Shown in pieces: positions 1 through 8,886 of a DNA stretch of 11,323 nt. Every line of letters begins with the position of its first letter. Positions within the stretch are counted from its first letter, which is position 1. The position numbers and the translations under genes are program-made. The DNA comes from Amoeboaphelidium protococcarum X5 (lineage: Eukaryota; Fungi; Aphelidiomycota). Location of the stretch: NCBI GenBank assembly GCA_023515725.1, contig JALDTO010000197.1, positions 1 through 11,323 on the forward strand, written 5' to 3'. Under the pieces are notes generated by a model. That model saw only the letters and a program-made list of their open reading frames with translations. It had not been told where the DNA came from and made no database searches.

Positions 1-678
1 GCTGCTCCTGTGCCTGCCATTGTCAAGAAACAAGATCCTGTGAAGAGTGCTAAGCGTAAGGCTATTGTCTCGGAAGTTCGCCGTATCAGCAGTGCTGACC
101 TGTTGGATGTGAATGATATGGATGTTGAGGGTGGTGCTTAGGAGATTCTTAAGCCTCAGGTTGTTAAGCAGAGAGTGAAGGCTGAGAAGAGCAAGAAGAA
201 GGAAGTTGTGAACAAGAAGAAGAAGGCTGTGGTCGGTGAGATTGACCAGCTGGGTGATGAAGGTGTCAGAAAGTTGCTGCATCCAATCAAGAGCAAGAAC
301 AAGGCTGCTGCTCGTGGTAAGGCTAGTAAGAAGTAGAAAACTGCCACTAAGTCTGTGGCTTAGAAAGTCAAGAAGGTGATTGTTGACACTAAGGAACTGG
401 CTACTCAGACTTTCAACGAATTGACCGAGATTGTTAGCCCTTCTGCTCACCACCGACCATCTGCTGTGAAGTCAAAGCTTGACTCGAAGAAATTGAAGAA
501 GCAGGTGGAGGCTGAGATGCTCAAGGCCACCACTGTCAGAGAGATCAAGGTGCTGGGTTAAGATGGCATCAAGCAAGTTATTCCTAACCACATTGAGGTC
601 AAGTACTCGGACGCCATGTAAGTTGATTCTACACCATCCAAGAAGGCTAAAGGTGGTAAGAAACAGAAGGGAATGTGA
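1..678 (+). CDS. 3' part of a Lys/Ala/Val-rich basic protein of unknown function (5' end outside window), possibly a nucleolar or chromatin protein tail
   Basis: Frame 1 is open from base 1 to TGA 676-678 when TAG 139, 334, 361 and TAA 559, 619 are read as Gln. Strong codon bias (AAG, GCT, GTT, GAG) continues across these codons, and AT-rich UTR-like sequence follows. Ends ...STPSKKAKGGKKQKGM*. No family motif recognised. Confidence 0.85.
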
Positions 679-856
679 ATCGTATGATGTTTTATGGTGT
701 GATTATAGTATGAGACGAATTTATAATGTGTTGTTATATCGATGATTTGATCATGGTGATTTTTCATGGTGTTTTATTTTATACTGCTTGATTAAGTAGT
801 TACAATACTCTGTCATTACTTGCGTCTTACCAAAGTCGTTCTAATAAGAGTTGAAA

Positions 857-1713
857 ATGGATTTCAATAGGCGAAATATATTTGTGGTGGCTCTTAGTGG
901 CGCCAGTTGCTCTGGAAAGACTACGATTACTAGGCGGCTTAGAGATTAATTTCTGCATAGTAACTCCAGTTCAAGTGATTAAAATATTGCGGTCCATATT
1001 GTGCATTAGGATGATTACTATAAGGTTTGATTTGATGTTCCGCCTGTTAATATATGAATGCCTTGTGTTTAAAGAGTTCAAATGCTGTATGTGTAGTCAG
1101 AATCAATGATCCCTGCGGTAACTTACGTGGACAATAATGGTGTATCTCGTACGGAATAGAATTGGGATTGTCCTGGTGCTTTGGATACTCAGAGGATGCT
1201 GGCTGACTTGTAGATGATGATTAAAGATATTGAATTGTAAGTGCCAAATAATAGCATCATCATTAAGAGACACGTTATTATAGTTGAAGGATTTTTGGTG
1301 TTGCATCCCAGTTGTCTCCTCTTACCTCTATTTGATGCCAAGATTCATCTACACGTTCCTCTGGATGTGATGCTTAAGCGCCGCACTGGTCGAGAATATG
1401 AGATTGTTAACTCTGACGGTCAAGGTATTCATTCATTATTTTATTCAGTGTTTTTTAAATTATATTATTATGGAAATTGTTCAAACTTTTAAGTGTTGGT
1501 GTAGACGCGTTTTGGGCAGATCCAGAAGGGTATGTGGAGTGCGTCGTATTTCCAGAGTATGAGCAGTACATGGCTGAAATATCTCAGTAGTCACAGAATG
1601 ACCTCACGATACTCAACACTGAAGACATGGACCTGGATCAAGTTTATGAAGCTGTTGTCAAGTCATCACCAATTAAATAGTATTTAACTTCTGTAAAGAG
1701 CATTGATAAATGA
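857..1713 (+). CDS. NRK1: Nicotinamide riboside kinase (NRK1-like P-loop kinase, uridine kinase family), ~234 aa; exons 857-1024, 1097-1424, 1505-1713
   Basis: P-loop VVALSGASCSGKTT, HQDDYYK (Q = TAG 1007-1009), QNWDCPGALD, IIVEGFL, KRRTGREY and FWADPEGYVECVVFPEY are the NRK motifs in order. GT..AG introns 1025-1096 and 1425-1504 join them in frame. Stop TGA 1711-1713. Confidence 0.88.
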
Positions 1714-2088
1714 ATGGGTTTAGAAAGACTTTATACATGCAGCGATGGACAATTGCTACGCGTTTCGCTTTAATTTAATCAAGGTTTATTGTTGAGTAAT
1801 AATGTCATTGAAAATCGATTGTCTTTTGGAAACAAATTTTCTCGTTCTAATGATTATGATGAGGCTGGTATTAATATCGCTGAGTGATTTCAATCCACCC
1901 AAGTCAAGTCTCATGCTCATCTATTTTTAGAGTGCCGGTTGCCATGATTCTGTTGCTTAAAAGTCTTGGAATAGTCTTTAAAGAAACCGCAGCTAATAAA
2001 TCTTTTATATACGAAAGCTTTGGTTGATAGTAATATTAAAAAAGATTTTGATCATTCAATCTATCCAAACCATTATCTGCAATACAAA

Positions 2089-3498
2089 ATGAGCGCATAG
2101 TTGAGACAAATGACATCGGCCTTTGGTAGATCAAATGATCAGTCCAGCGCGGCAGCACAGCAACGCTCCAAGTAAGCTTAGTTGTCTCAATAAAATCGAT
2201 AGCCAAATATCTCTTCAGTCCCAAAGAAAGATGCTAATGGAAAGCCGATTCCTGGCACTAATGATGGCACACTGGTGCGTATCAGACTGTTTGACGATCG
2301 TGAACGAGTGCTCTTCTTCAGAGATAACCAGTCTCCTAATGCTGCTCAAGTCTGCGCTATGATTGCCGAGAAATTGGATCTTAAGAAGGAGTCCCTTATG
2401 GCATTCAGCCTATGGATTGTCGGACGTGATTTGGAATTGCAAATCCGCCCAAAGATGGAGTTGTCAGAGATGGTTGCCAAATGGCCGCGATATATGGAAA
2501 AGTATACGCACTCGCAAGATGTGGTCAATGCTACGGATTATAAGTTCGTGTTTAAGCGAGAGGCGATGGTGTCTGTAATGTAAGAGAGGCAGATTGTTGA
2601 CGAGGTGGCTATCAAGCTTTTATATGGCGAGGCTAGAAATAATGTCATTAAAGCTAGATATCCCGTGTCTTTGGACGATGGTATCAAATTGGCCGCTATC
2701 TAACTCTAGATCAATTACGGTGAGTATAATGAAGCTAAGCACGGATTTGGTACCAACTTTGTGTTGCAGTCTCTATCTGCCCTACTGAGTCCAAATCTTA
2801 TCAACAAACTAAAGTCTACTGATTGGGAGGCGAAGATTACCGCCAGTTGGTAGATGCTGCAGAGTAAATTGTAGAATTTAGCTGCGATTGGACCATATCT
2901 TTACTTTTTGGAGCATTGTCGTGAGTGGCCAGTCTATGGATGTACATTCTTCCCGGCGTGCAAGAACATTCCTCCGTAGGGATACTTTGAATTGCGTTCT
3001 GATCATCTCTATGTCGGCGTGAATGCTGAAGGTGTGTGCATTGTGGATGATGATCGACACAAGATCAGTTGGTCAGGCAAATTTGAAGGTCTCGAGTGGG
3101 AATGCACACCTGATAGCGTGACCATCGAGTACATGCCAGCTAAATCTGCGGATGGATTGCCACCAAAGAAGTTGGGCAGTACGTTGATTACACCACAGGC
3201 TCATCTGTTTGATTCACTTGCATCAAGAGCCATTTATCTGATTGAAAAAGCGGAGAGAAAGCGTATCATTGAGCAGAAGAGAGCATCCGCATTAAAGACT
3301 CTTGAAGGTGGTCGTTAGTCTGCTAACACTACTATCCAACCCAGCGCACCTGCTGAGGCTAAGAGAAAGTCCACCTAGCCCGGCAATGTGGCTCGTGTTA
3401 ATGAAAGCGCTACTATTGTTGAACACGATGGCGAAGATGCTTCCGCCGGTTATCTGATGGCAATTAACGAAATTAGAAGACCAGCTTCAACTAAATGA
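2089..3498 (+). CDS. FERM-domain protein, FRMD8/KRIT1-type, ~469 aa, intronless
   Basis: Single frame from ATG 2089 (alternative 2110) to TGA 3496-3498 with TAR=Gln. F1 lobe FSLWIVGRDLELQIRPK...FVFKRE. F2 lobe LLYGEARNNVIKARYPVSLDDGIKLAAIQLQINYGEY (Q = TAA 2701, TAG 2707). F2/F3 junction YFLEHCREWPVYGCTFF. F3 lobe LYVGVNAEGVCIVD. Resembles animal FRMD8 by recalled motifs. Confidence 0.88.
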
Positions 3499-3592
3499 TA
3501 AAACTGTAAAATGATAAATTTTTACTTTTTATAGAAACAAAAACATATTTTGATTCACAAACATATCAACTTCATCATCATCAATATTAAGA

Positions 3593-5819
3593 TCAATTGT
3601 CCAAAGTCTCTACGCTGCTACTCACAACTTCGCCATTCTTGGTGTCTGCGGCGAGATTGTCCAAAGTACCGGCACGCGTATCAAGATCGCCAGCATTTGC
3701 AGATTTTTTAATGTCGGGATTTACTAACGCATCCTGTGATGTGAAATTAGAATCTTTTACTGCATTCTTGGCCTTCAACTATTTCAGTAGCTATTACTTG
3801 TGTCTACGCTTCAGCAAGAACATTGCAACGGGTACAATGAACAACAACGCAATAATGCCAGCAATTAAAGCATATAGCCATTCTTTACTTGATGTACCCA
3901 CATCTTGAGGAGTAATTACGGGTGTATCACTTGGAGTACTGGTAGGAGAGACAGTTGTAGTATTATCTTTCGGTATATCTACAGCCTATGGCATTAAATA
4001 AGTGTAAACGCAACCTTCGACTGGAGCGCCAACAACAATAAATTAACTGTTCAGATCAAATGCAAATCCAAAATGGTCAGCTAGAAAGGAAGTATAATTT
4101 TAACCACCATCTTCATCGCTAACACTTTGAACCAGTCGCCTACTTGGATTGCCTTTTCTCAATCCAACCAGCAGATCGTAAAAATACGGTGACGAACTCT
4201 GACTCTAAGGGATCATAGACTAAGTGATATTACTGAGTTCATAAGGAAATAGAATCTCATTCTGGGCACGGCGATAGTATACGTAGACATTACCGCGACC
4301 AAGTTACTATTGAGCACCAGCAGCATTAGCAACAACTAAAAAGCGACCATTTGGAGCAAATTTCATGGTTCTTCCAAATGAGGATTACGTGCGCTAAGTA
4401 GGCTATCTAGATGGATTAAAAATTTCTTATCCAGCATTCCACTATAGACTAGAGCTAGCAGAGTAAAAAGTGAAAAGCTTTTAGGAGCGTCTTGGTGCGC
4501 CAATAGCAGTCAAAAATCTATCATATCTATGATCAAACGCAGACGTGATCCCAAGACCAAACCAGTCGTTACTTTAATCGAAATCTTGATCAAAAGAACT
4601 AAGGGCCTGTTCGGAACGCCAAAAAGAGCCAATAGAATCATCAAATTCGTACTGCATCACAATTCCGGCTCCATGCACAGTCTCAAAAGTGCCATCTTCT
4701 CTCTAAACTCTTAGATAAGAACAATTTCTAGCAGGACAAAGTTGACCAAAATTCTGCGGCGTATCTTCAGATGGAATCACAAAATCTCTCATGAGCAAAG
4801 TCATGACTGGAATATCCAACGTACTTTTATCTCTAACCAGGACATCAAAATCCAAACCAGACATTCCAAACGGAATAGAGCTTCGCGGACGAATCTACTA
4901 CAGAAAATTAAATATACCATTATAAGGATTTACAATACTACCGCCAAGTTGCTCTTTAGTTGGATCAAAATCTGGGCGAAGCAGACGGTAAACGTAAACT
5001 CCAGCGCGGGAAACGTCAGTGATTGCACCAGCAGGAAATGATCCACTCTCGACATTATCTTAGTACGGCTAAGCTGAATAAAAATTAGTACTTGCACCAT
5101 CCCAGCCAGCATTGGCGGCAACAAATAGAAAAGTTCCCTCCACCGGCTCATACTTGAACATGACTTTAGATCCAAACTTATCCCAAAATCTAGACATTCC
5201 GTTCGGATTAGGAATCTCACCAACGTATGTATAAGTTTCAGCATTATCAACTAAAATACGCTTATAAATTCTAACTGCGCCGGCATATTCGTTAAATTAT
5301 AATTATATAGTCTTTTGAGTGGAGTAAGATCTACCGGGGACTCCGACAGCCAGCCACTGTCCATCCTCAGACAGACTAACACTGTATCCAAATAGAGAAT
5401 AAGCCTGATTTGGATAAGTACCATTGTTTGTATCTTGAACCATATTCACAGCTGTCCAAGTGACATTTGCAGGATATGAGGTGGGATCGCGAGTAGCATT
5501 CACACTGATATTCTTCAAATCAAGTGAAGGAGTTGAGTATATATGAACAGTAGCATCCCAAGGTTTACCAACAGCCTACACATACAAAATCTTACACTTC
5601 TAATTAATAAAAGTAAAAAACCCAAAATCATACCATGTAAGTATATCCATTACTAGATGCCTAACTGACAGAGATTGAGTACCCAAACATTCCACCGGGT
5701 CCAGTGTTCACCTGACCATCACAGATTGGTTGAGTAAGAGGGGAGTACACTGATGCAGACAAGACAGAAGTGATCTGACTCTGGCTCAGAAATAAAATAG
5801 CCAAAATAAGGTGCACCAT
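3593..5819 (-). CDS. Type-I membrane protein with seven FG-GAP-like repeats (integrin-alpha-like beta-propeller), ~722 aa; exons 5819-5634 and 5575-3593
   Basis: Signal peptide MVHLILAILFLSQSQITSVLSA. Repeats: MFGYSISVS..MAVGKPW..VHIY; LFGYSVSLSEDGQWLAVGVPG..GAVRIY; KFGSKV..LFVAA..GVYVY; PFGMSG..GAGIVMQY; WFGLGI..AIGAP; SFGRTMKFAPNGRFLVVA..GNVYVY; HFGFAFDLNSQFIVVGAPVEGCVYTY. Then a T/S/P stalk, TM helix WLYALIAGIIALLFIVPVAMFLL, KRRHK and a ~70 aa tail. Intron 5633-5576 (GTATGA..TGTAG). Stop TGA 3595-3593. About 25 in-frame TAR codons. Confidence 0.85.
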
Positions 5820-6220
5820 ATAAATATATTTAACGTTGAATGAAACAGCAGATAGACAGACAGACAATAAATGATATACACAGAGGAAATGAAAAGAAAA
5901 TCAAATGTGAAACAATTCAACAAATTGACGGCTTACTGAAACAAAGCGACCTTTCTATCGTCTTTAACGGGCTGGTAAACAGATATTTGGCAGACTCTGT
6001 TCAGGCTTTTGCCGTCGCTCGTTCGTTCGCTCTGTTGGCGGAAGGGAGAGAGAGAGAGAGAGATCAAAGATGTGTTTTCTGCACGAGTCTCTCAATCAGC
6101 CGCTGTAGCTGCTCTAAAGGTCTTTCCTTTTCTTGGTGATAATACGCGAAAATTTTAAAGTCACACTTACTCTGTACAGTTTATACCGGGTTACATACAG
6201 TAGAATAACAATCTTTTGCA
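5820..6220. promoter_or_regulatory. Divergent (bidirectional) promoter region between the FG-GAP receptor and the RRM gene
   Basis: 401 bp between oppositely oriented start codons (5819 on -, 6221 on +). Contains a (GA)9 tract and a CGCGAAA motif at 6145-6151. Individual elements are unverified. Confidence 0.55.
6046..6063. repeat. (GA)9 microsatellite
   Basis: gagagagagagagagaga read directly from the sequence. Confidence 0.9.
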
Positions 6221-7507
6221 ATGAATACAGATAGTGGATTGGATATTGTGATGGACAGTTTGGAGAAGATGGAGGAGGCAATCTGGGAGGTGGAGTCGGA
6301 TATTGACGCCAAAGACACTGTCCTTAAAAAGGCATCTGACGCGTCGCCGAAAGATTAGCTATAGACTGGAAAAGAGAAAGGTGGTTGGGGAGAAAAAGCA
6401 CCAAGTAAAGACACTCAGTGGGGTGGTGGTGACGTAAATATGGATCGTGATAGAGGAAGATCGCGCTCACCTACGCGTGAAGAGTAGAAGCCACTGTAAT
6501 CAGGTACGGCCATTTTTGTTGGCAATCTACCATATAGGACTGACGAGAGAGATTTGAGGGAACGATTCTCTTAGTATGGTGAGATAGTTCATGCCGTGGT
6601 TCCTACAAATAGGGATGGTAGATCTAAAGGCTTTGGCGTTATTGAGTACAAAGATAGCAGTGCTGCTTCTGAGGCGATCAAGGCTATGCATGAGACTGAT
6701 TTTATGGGTAGAAAGATTTTTGTCAGGGAAGATCTCGATAGTAAATCGCGTCCATCTGCAGGAAGATCTCGTGAAAGATATCCTGAGTCTAGGGATCGTC
6801 ATCAATATGGGAATGGCGGCGGCGGTCGCTACGAGAGCTATGGTAAAAGCGGACATTTTGATGAGCGCGAGACTGATTATAATCGCGACAGTAAGATATT
6901 TAGATATGTTTAATTTTTCATATTGATAATTTTTCTATGTGTAGGGCGCTCTGATTATGCTTATCCAAGTGAACAAAGGTATCCTGCTGATAGAGATTAC
7001 TACGATAGATACGCTTACGGTGATTATCGGGGAGGAGAAAGAGCAGATTACTATCCACCACCGACATCGCGTTACAGCGACTATCCTCGAGACAGCTATT
7101 ATACCGGTACCCGTGCAGTCGAAGATTATGGATCACGTCGAAGCTCAGGTAAAAACACACTAATTGTGGAGAATCTGCCACCTTAATTCAAATCTGGTGA
7201 TCTTTGGGACTTGTTTGCCAGAACAGGCAAGTTGGTGCAGGCAGATATTGATCCGTCTTAAAGAGGCGATTCAAGGTCCAGTCGTATTGGCATTGTCGAG
7301 TATTAAAGAGAAAATGATATGAGACGTGCTCAGCGAGAAATGGATGGTCTTCAAGTACTTGGTTGCAAGCTCCGTGTTCAAATGGGAGGTGATAGAGGCG
7401 AAACTCGCCGCGATGAGCGTCGTGATGACGACCGCAGATATGAAAGAGGATATGAAGGCCGTCGAAATGAATATCGTGATCATGACTATCGTGCCAGATC
7501 TCCTTGA
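6221..7507 (+). CDS. Two-RRM Arg/Asp/Tyr-rich RNA-binding protein (SR-like, Gbp2/Hrb1- or Srp2-like), ~410 aa; exons 6221-6890, 6945-7507
   Basis: RRM1: IFVGNLPY (RNP2), SKGFGVIEY (RNP1), FMGRKIFVRED. RRM2: TLIVENLPP..DLWDLF..IGIVEY..DMRRAQREMDG..KLRV. RGRSRSP motif and RD/RE/RY-rich linker and tail. AT-rich intron 6891-6944 (GTAAGA..TGTAG). Stop TGA 7505-7507. Confidence 0.87.
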
Positions 7508-7716
7508 ATAATATTCATGTAGTCAATCAAACTAAATATATATTGCATTCTTATTATTGATGTTCGCTTTCGCAGCTTTTGTTGCACTTTGCATATGATT
7601 GAATCTCAAGTCCCCTTGTCACGTTCTATCACGCACCGAGAGTTCACGGGATTCAATATGAGCACCCCGAATATCGTGTTTTCTATTTCCAAAGCTACCA
7701 ATAATCAATAAGTAAT

Positions 7717-8643
7717 ATGCAGCATAAACGATAGAGTCTATATATAGTGGTGGTTAGCTTGCTTGGTCTTCTTTCTTACGGTTTACCTTAGAGTGGCACC
7801 TCCGTTGGCAATTCAATTGGCAGTGTCAGAGTTGATCCTGGGTCACATCTTGAGCTGAAAATTGGTAATTCAGAAAATAGCGGCACATCATACACGTTCA
7901 CAGGCAATGAGACTGCACCATAATCTAGTGGCCCGTAGCAGGCCTTGGCTCAAGGTAGTTAGAATCCTTTACCCCCGCGGCCACCTGTCCCAGCTGCTCC
8001 GAGCTCTATATTCGTCCCAGGCGGTGGAGATGCAGGCGGTAAAAGTAATGGAGTATAGAATGTTACGGCTGGCAATAACTCCACAGTAACTAATCATATC
8101 GGCAACAGCGATTAAACTAACTAAAACGTTTAAAACACTGTACTCCCTCCCGCGTAGGCTCCTCCTGTGCACAAATCTGGAAGTAATATCACCATGCCCA
8201 ACATTATGAACAATACTGGCTGCGTGGACACAACGCTCAATGCATAGACATATAATAATGACACATAGGTGAAAAGTACAGAGTACTCTGTTGGCAATAC
8301 CACCACTGGAGATAGCGCAAATATTACTAATAATGTCGGTACCACCACGACTCATAACGCGAATAATATCACAGAGCATAATGTCTTCTACCAGAATATA
8401 TCAGGCAATGCTCGAGATATGGCATCATTTATTGATCCACAATATTAGCAGTCGCTGATAAGAGAGTTTTTATCGGCACTCACTGGAGTTTCGGGCTCGG
8501 TGTCATCATTGGTAATTAGATTTGGAAGTCCTGTTGGAAATTCGTACGCCGAGTAAACTAGCGCTGGCTCGCTATAATATTCTACTGCGTATGTTTATGG
8601 TATTTTATACGCGCAGATATTAGCCCTTTTAGTATTGATATGA
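7717..8643 (+). CDS. Putative secreted, GPI-anchored N/T/S/G-rich surface glycoprotein, ~308 aa, no recognised domain
   Basis: Open from ATG 7717 to TGA 8641-8643 with ~15 TAR=Gln. N-terminal signal MQHKRQSLYIVVVSLLGLLSYG, Pro-rich patches, ~11 N-x-S/T sequons. C-terminus TSAGSLQYSTAYVYGILYAQILALLVLI* is a small-residue site plus hydrophobic tail with no cytoplasmic part. Absent from the standard-code ORF track. Confidence 0.78.
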
Positions 8644-8886
8644 ATAGATGTTGCAAATAGAGATATTCAGTTTTTTGAACTTTGATCCAGACGCGCTTCC
8701 CTATGTATCAGCATTTGAAACACTTCAGACACATGACGCTGAAACAGTTATAACACGCACGCGCAGTCGTTTCAACATCAGAAATTTGGTTTCAATTCTG
8801 AGATATCAAGTGCACTACTGCCCAGTTTCATCTTCCGTTTCCATTAAAACTATTTAATTAACTTCTTATCCAACTTAGTGAAAATT

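Noticed and set aside
1850-1884. ATGATGA...CTGA resembling C/D snoRNA boxes
   Set aside because: Only ~17 nt lie between the boxes and there is no terminal stem, too short for a snoRNA.
1666-1920. 84-codon minus-strand ORF under table 6 (MSMRLDLGGLKSLSDINTS...)
   Set aside because: With a single stop codon, ORFs of this length arise by chance. It has no recognisable motif and overlaps the NRK 3' end antisense.
3596-3667. 12-nt direct repeat ATTGTCCAAAGT 60 nt apart (TLDN twice in the receptor tail)
   Set aside because: Only two short copies inside coding sequence. Not a CRISPR array or target-site duplication, at most a small internal duplication.
3790-3830. MFLLKRR as an integrin GFFKR motif, and NPDI further down the tail as NPxY
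   Set aside because: Neither matches the consensus. Basic residues after a TM helix are expected from the positive-inside rule.
5840-6139. 99-aa + strand ORF in the divergent promoter region
   Set aside because: It runs through the (GA)9 microsatellite, has no domain or codon-bias support, and starts only ~20 bp from the opposite gene's ATG.
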